A stretch of 64,000 nt of DNA, taken from NCBI GenBank assembly GCA_963703345.1, contig OY969814.1, positions 2,112,001 to 2,176,000 on the forward strand. The letters are read 5' to 3'. The notes beneath the pieces are model-generated. The model made no database searches. It was not told the DNA's origin and saw only the letters and a program-made list of their open reading frames with translations. A program made the translations under genes and the position numbers. The stretch comes from an uncultured Chloroflexia bacterium. Its GTDB lineage: Bacteria; Chloroflexota; Dehalococcoidia; DSTF01; JALHUB01. Positions 52,632-63,100 of the stretch are shown here, in pieces. Every line of letters starts with the position of its first letter. The first letter of the stretch is position 1.

Positions 52632-54443
52632 ATGGAGCTAACGATACCGGCATCGCTGGACGAATCGGCGCGTCGCTCGGAGAACAAGACAGCGTTCCAG
52701 ATCAAGGCGGGACGGGAGTTCACCGGGCTGACTTACGGCGAGCTGCGCCAGCGGGCAAGGGCTTTCGCCTCCGCGCTCATCGCTCTCGGGCTGCAGCGCG
52801 GCGACCGCGTGGGAATCGTCTGCGAGAACGGACTTGAGTGGATCGTCTCCTATCTGGGGATCGCTTACGCCGGGGGCGTCGCCGTCCCGGTCTATTACGA
52901 ATTGAAGCCCGGCGAGATCGAGGAGGCGCTGCGACGCGCTGAGGTGAAGCTGGCGATCGTCTCGGAGAAGGCGCTTCCCAATATCCCGGACCGCCTGCAC
53001 GAACTGGAAACCATCCTGGTCGTCGGGCCCAGCGCCGAAGCGCGTTCCGCCGGCGGAGGCGGCCTCTTCCGACGCGCCCGCGCCCGCATCCTGCCGTTCG
53101 AAGAGGCGTTCTCGCTCACAACGCACGAGAGCGACGTGGCGCTCGCAGCGACCGTCATCAAGCCGGACGATATCGCCTCCATCGTCTACACGTCGGGGAC
53201 CACCGGCGGCGCGAAGGGCGTCATGCTCAGCCACCGCAACTTCATGTCCAACGTCGCCGCAGCCGTCAAGGCTCTGCCCGTGTCGTCGCGCGATAGCGTT
53301 CTACTCCTGCTCCCGCTCCATCACGCCTATCCCTTCACCGCCGAGTTCCTCCTGCCGCTGTCCCTTAGAGCAACGGTGACGATTGAAAATGACCTTGTGC
53401 GGGTGCGCGACCGGCTGGCGGAGGCGAAGCCCACCGTCTTTCTCGCCGTGCCCGCTCTCCTCGACATTATGAGCCGAGCCATTCGCGCTCAGGCCGACGC
53501 GCAGGGTCGCGGCAAGACCTTCGAGCGCGGCCTGGAAATCGTTCGCCGGACCAAGCAGCGCACAGGCGTCAACATCGGTCCCCTGCTCTTCCGCGAGGTG
53601 CACCAACGCCTGGGCGGCAATCTGCGTTTTTTGGCCAGCGGCGGCGCGGCGCTCAATCCGGAGACGGCGCGCGCCTTCCACCTGCTGGGCATCCCCATCC
53701 TCCAGGCCTGGGGCCTCACGGAGACGTCGCCCGTCGTCTGTGCGCAGCGCTTCTACCCGAGGCGCTTCCGCTTCACGAACTACTACGAGAAGCAGTTGGG
53801 CAGCGTGGGCCGACCCCTGCTTGGCGTTGACGTTGACCTCATCGACGTGCCGGAGAAAGGGATCTACGTGAAGCTGCACGGCGAAGGAGAGCTCATCGTC
53901 CGCGGGCCGAACGTTATGCAAGGCTACTGGAAAGCCGAGGCAGAGACGAAGGCGGCGATGATCGGCGAGTGGTTCCGCACCGGTGACATCGGCCACATCG
54001 ACCGGCAGGGCAACGTCTACATCACCGGCCGCAGCAAGTACGTCATCGTGCTGGACTCCGGCGAGAAAGTGCACCCCGACGAAGTGGAGGAGCGGCTTCA
54101 GAGCAGCCCCATCATCGAGGACGTGTGCGTGGTCAGCCGGAAGGTGCGGGACAAGACACAGGTGTGGGCCATCGTCTACCCGAACTACGCCGCCGTCACG
54201 GAACGGCTGGCGACACAGGACCACCAGATGGAGGAATCGGCTCTGCGCGCGCTCGTGGAATCGGAGGTCAACGCGCTGGAGGAAGCGCTGGCGCCCTACA
54301 AGCGCACGAACCGGCTGGTGCTCACCGACGCGCCGTTACCGAAGACGGCTCTGCGCAAGGTGTCGCGAGAGCAGATCGCGGAGGACTACTCGTTCGACGT
54401 GAAGCGCTGGCGGGAGAACGCGACGGCCGGCCTTGTGCCGTAG
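52632..54443 (+). CDS. Long-chain fatty acyl-CoA synthetase (AMP-binding)
   Basis: YTSGTTGGAKGVMLSH, WGLTETSP, RGPNVMQGYW, FRTGDIG, GRSK. Confidence 0.92.
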   Translation: MELTIPASLDESARRSENKTAFQIKAGREFTGLTYGELRQRARAFASALIALGLQRGDRVGIVCENGLEWIVSYLGIAYAGGVAVPVYYELKPGEIEEALRRAEVKLAIVSEKALPNIPDRLHELETILVVGPSAEARSAGGGGLFRRARARILPFEEAFSLTTHESDVALAATVIKPDDIASIVYTSGTTGGAKGVMLSHRNFMSNVAAAVKALPVSSRDSVLLLLPLHHAYPFTAEFLLPLSLRATVTIENDLVRVRDRLAEAKPTVFLAVPALLDIMSRAIRAQADAQGRGKTFERGLEIVRRTKQRTGVNIGPLLFREVHQRLGGNLRFLASGGAALNPETARAFHLLGIPILQAWGLTETSPVVCAQRFYPRRFRFTNYYEKQLGSVGRPLLGVDVDLIDVPEKGIYVKLHGEGELIVRGPNVMQGYWKAEAETKAAMIGEWFRTGDIGHIDRQGNVYITGRSKYVIVLDSGEKVHPDEVEERLQSSPIIEDVCVVSRKVRDKTQVWAIVYPNYAAVTERLATQDHQMEESALRALVESEVNALEEALAPYKRTNRLVLTDAPLPKTALRKVSREQIAEDYSFDVKRWRENATAGLVP

Positions 54444-54593
54444 CGCATCGCGGAGTCTTCGGACCCGACGGTTGATACCGTCACTTATCGACCTCACAGA
54501 CGCGAATCCATAGCTGAATTCTTGATAACGCGTAAACTCGTTTTTGGTTAACGATAGGCCGCAAAAAGGCGACGATCTTCCTCGCCGCACCTA

Positions 54594-54622
54594 TTGACAA
54601 GCGCTGATGGCCGGTGTAAGGT
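54594..54622 (+). promoter_or_regulatory. Sigma70-type promoter with no downstream ORF
   Basis: TTGACA, 17-nt spacer, TAAGGT. Confidence 0.6.
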
Positions 54623-54626
54623 TATA

Positions 54627-54760
54627 GGTGCCCCAAGTGGCGGACCCGCGGTCTACCGGTGGACGAATCCGGGGAACCTGAGGCGAGGGCCCCAAACCTG
54701 AGCCGAGGAGATAACCGGAGGAGGACGAAGCCGAAACGCGGAGAGGTTACTTGGGGTATT
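54627..54760 (+). ncRNA. Candidate structured small RNA (family unknown)
   Basis: Starts about 5 nt after the -10; 15-bp closing stem GGUGCCCCAAGUGGC/GUUACUUGGGGUAUU; nested stems CCGCG/CGCGG, GUCU/GGAC, CCGGU/ACCGG. Confidence 0.55.
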
Positions 54761-55709
54761 GCTTTGCCCGCGCCGTCTGCCTGCCGGTAGGCATGGCCTG
54801 CTCCTCCATCCAGCCGGGCTTCAGCGTGGCGATAAACCCCAGATTGCGGTAGAGCTGACCGTAGTCCAGCCCGTAGCCGACGACGAACTCGTCCGGTATC
54901 TCGAAGCCGACGTAGTCCAGCGGCACGTCCACGAGCCTTCGCGCCCGCTTGTCGAGGAGAGTGCAGACTTTCAGCGTCGCCGGCTTACGCGCGCGCAGGT
55001 ACGTCAGCAGATGGTTCAGCGTCATACCCGTGTCGACGATATCCTCGACTAAAAGCACATCGCGCCCTTCGATGCTCTCGTCCAGGTCCTTTAAGATGCG
55101 CACGTAGCTGCTGTCGGCGCTGTCGTACGACGAGATCGCCATGAAGTCGATGGCGACGGGCAGCGAGACCTGACGCATCAGGTCGGCCATGAAGCAGGCC
55201 ACGCCCTTGAGGACCCCGATAAGCACCGGCGACTTGCCGGCGTAGTCCTTCGATATCTGGACGCCGAGCTCCTTCACCCGCCGTCGGAGCTGCGGCGCGC
55301 TCACCAGCACCCGGTGCACGCCCTCGATGTTGCGCGGTTGCGGCGGCCCAAAGCCGTACTTGGCGAGAAGGCGCAGGTAGTCGCGTTTGTTCAGCAGCTT
55401 GACGTCGATGTCTGGATGAAGCTGCCGCAGAGTGCGCAGCTTGCGGTGCTTCTCCGTCATCAGGTCCTGCCGGAGCGTCGTCAGCTCAATGTACGTGTCG
55501 ATGTCGGGCAGGTAGAAGTCGGGGGTGAAAGCCTCGAGGACCTTGTCGCCCTCGGAGCGGAGAGTGAAGGTGCGCGGCTCGTATTGCCAGGAGATGCCGT
55601 AGAAGTCGAGGATCTTGGCGAATTCCGCCTCGCTCTCGTGGGCGAAGCGGACCGCGGGAGGCGCCATCTCGGCGTTTCCCGCTGCTGTTCCCGAATTCTC
55701 CATCGACAT
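54747..55709 (-). CDS. hpt: Hypoxanthine phosphoribosyltransferase with N-terminal PD-(D/E)xK-like domain
   Basis: C-terminal half: GVLKG, LLVEDIVDTG.TL, LLDK, FVVGYGLDY...RNL; N-terminal half: SEAEFA..LD...W.YEP..F...TPDFYLP...YIELT. Confidence 0.88.
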   Translation of the reverse strand: MSMENSGTAAGNAEMAPPAVRFAHESEAEFAKILDFYGISWQYEPRTFTLRSEGDKVLEAFTPDFYLPDIDTYIELTTLRQDLMTEKHRKLRTLRQLHPDIDVKLLNKRDYLRLLAKYGFGPPQPRNIEGVHRVLVSAPQLRRRVKELGVQISKDYAGKSPVLIGVLKGVACFMADLMRQVSLPVAIDFMAISSYDSADSSYVRILKDLDESIEGRDVLLVEDIVDTGMTLNHLLTYLRARKPATLKVCTLLDKRARRLVDVPLDYVGFEIPDEFVVGYGLDYGQLYRNLGFIATLKPGWMEEQAMPTGRQTARAKQYPK

Positions 55710-55869
55710 CGTCGCAGCCCTCACTTAAACGCTACCGTGTCTGCAGGCCATGTTCAAGTGGGAAGGCGTTCGCTTGCGATGGCGAGTCTGCGCGGTGTTT
55801 CGGTTGATTCATCATCCTGTGGCTGATAGTCTTTAGGCATCGGGCGCTGAACGAGAGAGGTGGTCGGCC

Positions 55870-56643
55870 ATCATTCCTCAGCGGTTCCTCCGGACGTGGG
55901 AGCTCCTCTATCTACTCACCGCCAGGGAGCTCAAGCTCCGCTACCAGGACACGATCCTCGGCTTTGTCTGGTCGGTGCTGAAGCCGCTCATGCTGGGCGC
56001 CGTCCTCTACTTCGCCCTCAGCCGTTTCGCGCGGATTCACTCGGACATACCCTATCAGCTCGTTCTGTTGCCGGCACTCTTCCCGTGGGCGTGGTACCAG
56101 ACCTCCGTGCTGATGTCGGCGCCCGTCATCACGCACAACGGCAACCTGATCAAGAAAGTGCACTTCCCGCGCTACGTGCTGCCGTTCGCGACCGTGGCCA
56201 ACAACATGGTGCATTTCGTGATGACGCTGCCGATTATCACCGTCATCATACTCGCCTCGGGAAGGCACCCTTCGGCGAACTGGCTTATCGGCATCCCGCT
56301 GCTCACCCTGGTCGAGCTGGTGCTGCTGATGGGCACCGTTCTCATCGTGTCCTCCATCGACGTCTACTTCCGCGACCTGGAGCACCTGGTGGAGGTTTTC
56401 CTGAACCTGCTGTTCTACATGACGCCGATCATTTATCCACTAAGCCAGACGGGTCGCTACAAGCACCTTCTAATGCTCAATCCTTTGGCGTCGCTGATCG
56501 AGAGCTGGCGGAACCTGTTCGTTTTCAACCAGTTGCCGACGATAGTCGATCTATGGCCCTCACTGGCGTTTGCCGCCGCTTCGGTGCTGTTGGGCAGCTT
56601 CGTTTTCGGACGTTTGGAGCGGGGGTTCGCGGATGCTCTCTGA
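55870..56643 (+). CDS. wzm: Polysaccharide ABC transporter permease (start uncertain; ATC/ATT proposed)
   Basis: RELKLRYQDTILGFVWSVLKPL, LIKKVHFPR, YFRDLEH, FYMTPIIYP, LNPL. Confidence 0.85.
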   Translation: MIPQRFLRTWELLYLLTARELKLRYQDTILGFVWSVLKPLMLGAVLYFALSRFARIHSDIPYQLVLLPALFPWAWYQTSVLMSAPVITHNGNLIKKVHFPRYVLPFATVANNMVHFVMTLPIITVIILASGRHPSANWLIGIPLLTLVELVLLMGTVLIVSSIDVYFRDLEHLVEVFLNLLFYMTPIIYPLSQTGRYKHLLMLNPLASLIESWRNLFVFNQLPTIVDLWPSLAFAAASVLLGSFVFGRLERGFADAL

Positions 56644-57409
56644 CGGTACCGCTATCGCCCTCGAAGGCGTCTCCAAGCGCTATTTCCTGCGGGCGCAGAA
56701 GCCGGAGGAGATCAAGACCACCGTCCTCCACCTGCCCTCGTTCCTGCGCGGCAACGCCGGCCGCCCGTTCTGGGCCCTGGACGACGTGTCTTTCTCGGTG
56801 AAGCGAGGCGACAGCCTGGGCATCATCGGGCCGAACGGGTCGGGGAAGAGCACACTGCTGAAGATCATAGCCGACCTGGCGCCTCCGACTCGCGGCAAAG
56901 TCGAGGTCGGAGGGCGCGTCTCGGCTTTACTGGAGCTGGGCGCCGGCTTTCATCCCCAGATCACTGGGCGGGAGAACGCCATCCTCAATGCCGTCCTGCT
57001 GGGCTTGAGCAAGAAGGAGGCGATGGAGGCTCTCCCCGACATTATCGCGTTTTCCGAACTGGGCGACTTTATCGACGAGCCGATGCGGACCTATTCGTCC
57101 GGCATGTTTGTCCGGCTGGGCTTTTCGGTCGCGGTGCACGTGCGCCCCGACGTGCTGCTGGTTGACGAGGTGCTGGCGGTGGGCGACGGCGAGTTCCAGC
57201 AAAAGTGCTTCGGCCACATCGAGATGCTGCGCTCCAACGGCGTAACGATTGTCTTCGTGTCGCACGACCTGAGCGCCGTCACGCGCTTCTGTGATCGCGC
57301 CGTCCTGATCCAGCACGGCCAGCTCCAAATGCAAGGCGACTCGGAACCGGTGGTGCAGGAGTACCGGGACAGGATTGCGGCTTTTTTCGGGGGTAAGTTA
57401 TCATCCTAG
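56633..57409 (+). CDS. wzt: Polysaccharide ABC transporter ATPase
   Basis: FWALDDVSF, GPNGSGKST, ITGREN, YSSGM.VRLGFS, DEVLAVGD; no C-terminal carbohydrate-binding domain. Confidence 0.92.
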   Translation: MLSDGTAIALEGVSKRYFLRAQKPEEIKTTVLHLPSFLRGNAGRPFWALDDVSFSVKRGDSLGIIGPNGSGKSTLLKIIADLAPPTRGKVEVGGRVSALLELGAGFHPQITGRENAILNAVLLGLSKKEAMEALPDIIAFSELGDFIDEPMRTYSSGMFVRLGFSVAVHVRPDVLLVDEVLAVGDGEFQQKCFGHIEMLRSNGVTIVFVSHDLSAVTRFCDRAVLIQHGQLQMQGDSEPVVQEYRDRIAAFFGGKLSS

Positions 57410-57431
57410 CTGACGGGAGGGAGCCCCAGGC

Positions 57432-58007
57432 ATGATCAGCCTCGAGTTCGACCGCTCGCGGAAACAGACCGGCGCCTTGAGGGTCAGCCGGAAGGCCGGT
57501 CCGGGCGTCGCGGTCCTGGCAGACGTGGGCGACGGACTGCCCTTCAAGGACGACAGCGTGGAAGAGATCTATCTCGACCACGCGCTGGAGGACGTCCACG
57601 ACTTCCTGGCGGCGATGCGCGAGATCTGGCGCATCTGCCGTCCCGGCGCCCTCGTCCACGTCTGGCTGCCACACGCCTCTTCCACGTGGGCGACTTCGCG
57701 TAATCCGGGCCAGACGCGCCCCTTCACCATCGAGACGTTCGATTTCTTCGACCCGGAGCGGAACCCGACCCCCCCTGACGGCGCAACATTCGAGACAGAA
57801 CAGGCGAAGCTCTCCCTCACGACCCTCCGCCTGGGGCAGCGGCCGCGCCTGACCGGCGGGCTCGTTGCGTCGGTCGTCGAGTCGCTGGCGAACCGCAACC
57901 GCGGCGCCCAGTACCGCTGGGAGCGCTGGCTGGGCGCGACAATCGGCTTTGAGGAGTTTTACGTCCTCCTGACGGCGGTCAAGCCCCCCACCTGGGCCGA
58001 CGTGTAG
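57432..58007 (+). CDS. Methyltransferase-like protein (degenerate SAM-binding motif I)
   Basis: LPFKDDSVEEIY..HALEDV...MREIWRICRPGA; lacks GxG. Confidence 0.65.
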   Translation: MISLEFDRSRKQTGALRVSRKAGPGVAVLADVGDGLPFKDDSVEEIYLDHALEDVHDFLAAMREIWRICRPGALVHVWLPHASSTWATSRNPGQTRPFTIETFDFFDPERNPTPPDGATFETEQAKLSLTTLRLGQRPRLTGGLVASVVESLANRNRGAQYRWERWLGATIGFEEFYVLLTAVKPPTWADV

Positions 58008-58041
58008 CGGCCCTTGCTCTGAGCCCCCGCGAAGAGGCAGC

Positions 58042-58632
58042 ATGAGCGACAACGTCTGGAACGAGATCCGCTCCGACTACGACGCCTATTACTACTCCAG
58101 CTTCACCTGGCTGCCGGACCCGAACAAAGGGATCTGGAAGCGCCGCTGGGAACGTTTCGATGGGATCGTCCTGCGCGGGTCGTGGCCGGCCGTCGTCTGC
58201 TACCGCCTGAAGGCGTGGGCGCTTCGTAGGAGCATCCCCCTCCTCCCGTTCGTCTGCGATACGCTCAATCGTGTCTTCTGGGGCATCGTCATCGGCGACG
58301 GCGTGGAGATCGGGCGCGGCCTGTGCATCGTTCATGGCTACGTCGTCATCGACGGCGCCGTGGTCATCGGAAAGAACTGCTACATCAACCCTCACGTCAC
58401 CATCGGTCTCCGCGGCGGCAACGTATTCTCGCTGGACGGCCCGCGGCTGGGCGATAACGTGTACGTCGGCACCGGCGCCAAGGTGCTGGGCGCGATAACG
58501 GTCGGCCACAACGTGACGATAGGCGCCAACGCCGTCGTCATCAGCGACATTCCGGACAACCATACGGCCGTGGGGGCGCCGGCCCGTGCCATACCGAAGA
58601 AGACGGAGCCGGAGAAGACGCGTCGGGGATAG
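58042..58632 (+). CDS. CysE-like left-handed beta-helix O-acetyltransferase
   Basis: IGRGLCIVHG, VTIG, PRLGDNVYVGTGAKVLG, IGANAVV, VGAPAR. Confidence 0.85.
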   Translation: MSDNVWNEIRSDYDAYYYSSFTWLPDPNKGIWKRRWERFDGIVLRGSWPAVVCYRLKAWALRRSIPLLPFVCDTLNRVFWGIVIGDGVEIGRGLCIVHGYVVIDGAVVIGKNCYINPHVTIGLRGGNVFSLDGPRLGDNVYVGTGAKVLGAITVGHNVTIGANAVVISDIPDNHTAVGAPARAIPKKTEPEKTRRG

Positions 58633-58659
58633 CGGAGAGCCGGGAGGCTTCTGACAGGC

Positions 58660-59268
58660 GTGTTCGAGAACATCCGCGAGGACTTCAAGGTGTATGCGCA
58701 GTTGACGGGCGTGCGCAGGGGCAGGGGAATCCTCGGCGCATCATGGCTCTTCGACGCGCGCCGGTTCCTGGCGGCGCTGTGGGTTTTCCCGCTGTCGGCC
58801 GTCGTCATCTACCGCGGGAAGTGCTGGCTGCGGGCGCATCACCTGCCCATCCTGCCGCGCCTTCTCGACTGGCTGAACATCGTCCTCTGGCAGGTGCAGA
58901 TAGCCGACAACGCCAGCATCGGGCCGGGGCTGTGCATATCGCACGGGTCGGTCATGATCGCCGGCGAGGTCAAGATCGGGCGCAACTGCACGTTGAACCC
59001 CTGGACCGGGCTGGGTCTGATCCACAAGCGGAAGGTTGAGAACCCCTGGGACGGGCTGGTCGGACCGACGGTTGGCGACAACGTGTTCGTCGGCGTCGGC
59101 TCGCGCATCATGGGGCCGATAACGATCGGCGACAACGTGCGCATCGGGGCGAACTCGATCGTTATTCACGACGTGCCGAGCGACAGCGTGGTAATCGGCG
59201 TGCCGGCGCGGGTGCTCGACATGACAGACCCCGAGCAGCGGGCGATCGTGCAGGACGTGATCGACTGA
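58660..59268 (+). CDS. CysE-like left-handed beta-helix O-acetyltransferase (paralog)
   Basis: IGPGLCISHG, PTVGDNVFVG, IGANSIV, GVPAR. Confidence 0.85.
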   Translation: MFENIREDFKVYAQLTGVRRGRGILGASWLFDARRFLAALWVFPLSAVVIYRGKCWLRAHHLPILPRLLDWLNIVLWQVQIADNASIGPGLCISHGSVMIAGEVKIGRNCTLNPWTGLGLIHKRKVENPWDGLVGPTVGDNVFVGVGSRIMGPITIGDNVRIGANSIVIHDVPSDSVVIGVPARVLDMTDPEQRAIVQDVID

Positions 59269-59750
59269 TGATCGGCAAGCTCTGGCGACGGCTGCGTCCG
59301 CGCACCCCATTGGTCTGGATAACGCCGGAGCTGGCGCTGGGCCCCGCCTTGCCACCCGACCGCCTCCGTCTGCTGACAAAGGCCGGCATCGGCAGCGTCG
59401 TCGACGTGCGCAGCGAGGCGTGTGACGACGAAGCGGCGCTTGCCCGGCACAACCTGGCTTTTCCCGTCGATGACCGCGAGGCGGCCAGCCAGGAGCAGCT
59501 CCGCGCGGCAACCGAGTGGACGCTGGCTGAGATAGCGGCCGGGCGCAGAGCCTACATCCACTGTCGCAGCGGCATCGGCCGGAGCCCGAGCATCGCCTGC
59601 GCCGTCCTCTTGGCCATCGGCTACCCTCTGCCGGACGCCTACCAGATCGTCCGCCGTCAGCGCCCCTGGGCCGCCTGCAGCGAGACGCAGCGCCAGGCGC
59701 TCGAGGAGTTCGAGCGTCGACAGCGCGAACAGGCTGCTCCAACGGCTTAG
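59268..59750 (+). CDS. Dual-specificity/protein tyrosine phosphatase
   Basis: YIHCRSGIGRS (HCx5R), FPVDD acid loop. Confidence 0.88.
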   Translation: MIGKLWRRLRPRTPLVWITPELALGPALPPDRLRLLTKAGIGSVVDVRSEACDDEAALARHNLAFPVDDREAASQEQLRAATEWTLAEIAAGRRAYIHCRSGIGRSPSIACAVLLAIGYPLPDAYQIVRRQRPWAACSETQRQALEEFERRQREQAAPTA

Positions 59751-60122
59751 GGAAAACCCCTCACCGCAGCCAGACTCAGGCGGCCACGCCGCTTCGCCGG
59801 TCTCCCAATCGGCGTAATTCCCAAAGGAGCCACGGATCAATGGTTTCCTGGCGTTCCTCAGCGAGTTCCCCTGATTGAACCCGCCCCTCTGAGTGAGCGA
59901 CCATACTTCAAGCGCCCGACTATTGCTGGAAAGGAAACCGCATGGAGCTCATCGCTAGATGTGGCCAAGGGCATAACCGAAGGGCGGCTCGTCTTCGGAA
60001 AGTCACCGACTAAACCTACCGGTGAGCCGTGACCAACTCGTGACGAAGATGACCGTTAGTGTGTGCCGGAGCAGCGCGTCACCCGGGTGGAGATGCCGCT
60101 TCCCGGACAGAGGGAGAGAGCA

Positions 60123-63100
60123 ATGAGAACGAGAATCCGCCTGGTTGCCGGAAGCACGGCGATAGTCGCGCTTGCTGTCTTGTCGGGTCTCATCTTCGCA
60201 GCTCCCACCAAGAGCGGTGCAGACGATGCTGTGCAGTTCACACTCGATTCCTCCAGCTACAGCGCCGCGGTGGGGGATACGTTTGACGTCAAGGTCAACC
60301 TGGGAGTGCTAACCAACAACGTCTCGCTCTTCGCCTTCCGTCTTCCCTACGACCATGACACCCTGCAGATCATCAGCACTGTTCCGGACAATCCCGCGCC
60401 GTGTCCATCGGGGCTAAGCGATGTCGAGATACTGGACTGGGACTACAACGGCCTGGCGCTGCGCCTCCAATGCGAGAGCGTTGACGGGAGCGCCGATCCG
60501 CCTTTGACCGGGACCGCCCAACTGATAGACATCACATTCCAATGCGCCGCAGCGGGCAGCACTAGCCTTCAGATTGGCGCCCAAAACGCGATTGATGCCG
60601 ACGGCAACAACTACGGCGCGACTGCCGGGCCGGCCGCAGGCGTCGTCTGCAACGACGCCCAGTTGACCATCGTCAAGCACGTTGTGAACGATGACGGCGG
60701 CGAAGCGGACGCTTCCGACTTCACCATGAGCGTCACCGGCACTAACGTGCAGCCTTCCGACAGCTTCGCCGGCAACGAGGACGGCACCACCGTCACCCTC
60801 GACGCCGGCCCCTACTCCGTCGGTGAGACCGGCCCAAGCGGTTACAGCAGGAGCGACTCCGTGGACTGCTCGGGGACAATCGCTCTCGGTGAGTCGAAGA
60901 CCTGCACCATCACCAACAACGACGAGCCCGGCACGCTGACCGTTATCAAGCATGTCGTGAACGACGACGGCGGCGCGAAGGTCGCCGGGGACTTCAGCTT
61001 CAGCGTGAACGGTGGCGATCCGACCTTCTTCAGTCAGGACCCGGAGGACGCCAGCCTGGGTGAGAACAGCCTGACGGAGGACGCGGGCACCTACAGTGTG
61101 GTCGAGGCCGGGGTACCGATTAGCGGCTACACGACGACGTACGACAACTGCGCCGACGTCAGCATCGCCAACGGTGAGACGCAGACCTGCACCATCACCA
61201 ACGACGACACAGCTCCGACGCCCACTGGGACGCCAACAGACACGCCGACGGTGACGGATACGCCCACTGAGACGCCGACTGAGACGCCGACCGACACGCC
61301 GACGGTGACGGATACGCCCACTGAGACGCCGACTGAGACGCCGACCGACACGCCAACGGTGACGGATACGCCCACTGAGACGCCGACGGTGACGGATACG
61401 CCGACCGACACGCCGACGGTGACGGATACGCCGACTGAGACGCCGACGGTGACGGATACGCCGACTGAGACGCCGACGGTGACGGATACGCCAACCGACA
61501 CGCCGACGGTGACGGATACGCCAACCGACACGCCAACGGTGACGGATACGCCGACCGACACGCCAACGGTGACGGATACGCCGACCGACACGCCGACGGT
61601 GACAGATACGCCGACTGAGACGCCGACTGAGACGCCGACGGCGATACCAACCGTGCAGTTCGCACTCGATTCCCCCAGCTACACCGCCGACGTGGGACAT
61701 ACATTCCACGTCATCGTCAGCCTAGGAGACCTGACGAACAACGTCTCGATCTTCGACTTCCGTCTTCCCTACAACCATGGAATCTTGCAGGTCGTCGCCA
61801 CTGTTCCGGACAATCCCAACCCCTGCCCATGGTTGCTGGACGACTACGAGAGGTTGAACCGGGACTACGCCGGTGTGGGATTGCGCTTCCAATGCGACAA
61901 CTTCAGCGGGGGCGCTAATCCGGCTCAGAGCGGGACCGTCCAACTGATAGACATTACGTTCGAGTGCACCGCAGCGGGCAGCGCTAGCCTTCAGATTGGC
62001 TCCCAGTACGCGATTGATGGCGACGGCATAGACTACGGCGCGACTGCCGGGCCTGCCGCGGACGTCGTCTGCAACGAGGCCCCGGCAACCGACACGCCGA
62101 CGCCGACGGATACGCCAACTGAGACGCCGACGGATACGCCAACTGAGACGCCAACGGTGACGGATACGCCAACCGAGACGCCGACCGACACGCCAACGGT
62201 GACGGATACGCCAACTGAGACGCCGACCGACACGCCAACGGTGACGGATACGCCAACTGAGACGCCGACCGACACGCCGACGGTGACGGAGACGCCGACC
62301 GAGACGCCAACGGTGACGGATACGCCAACCGAGACGCCGACCGACACGCCAACGGTGACGGATACGCCAACCGAGACGCCGACGGTGACACCAACCGACA
62401 CGCCGACGGCGACACCAACCGACACACCGACGGTGACACCAACCGACACGCCGACGGTGACGGATACGCCGACTGAGACGCCGACCGACACGCCGACGGT
62501 GACGGAGACGCCAACCGACACGCCGACGGTGACAGATACGCCGACTGAGACGCCGACGGTGACACCAACCGACACGCCGACGGCGACACCAACCGACACA
62601 CCGACGGCGACACCAACCGACACGCCGACGGTGACACCAACCGACACGCCGACGGCGACGGATACGCCGACTGAGACGCCAACGGTGACGGATACGCCGA
62701 CCGACACGCCGACGGTGACGGATACGCCGACTGAGACGCCAACGGTGACGGATACGCCGACTGACACGCCGACGGTGACGGATACGCCAACCGAGACGCC
62801 GACCGACACGCCAACGGTGACGGATACGCCGACTGAGACGCCGACGGTGACACCAACCGACACGCCGACGGCGACACCAACCGACACACCGACGGTGACA
62901 CCAACCGACACGCCGACGGTGACGGATACGCCGACTGAGACGCCAACGGTGACGGATACGCCAACCGAGACGCCGACGGTGACACCAACCGACACGCCGA
63001 CGGCGACACCAACCGACACACCGACGGCGACGCCAACCCAGACGCCAACGGTGACGGATACACCAACCGACACGCCGACGGCGACACCAACCGACACACC

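Noticed and set aside
54627-54760. Assignment of the candidate RNA as SRP or 6S RNA
   Set aside because: No SRP helix-8 motif and no large two-sided central bubble; left unassigned pending an Rfam search
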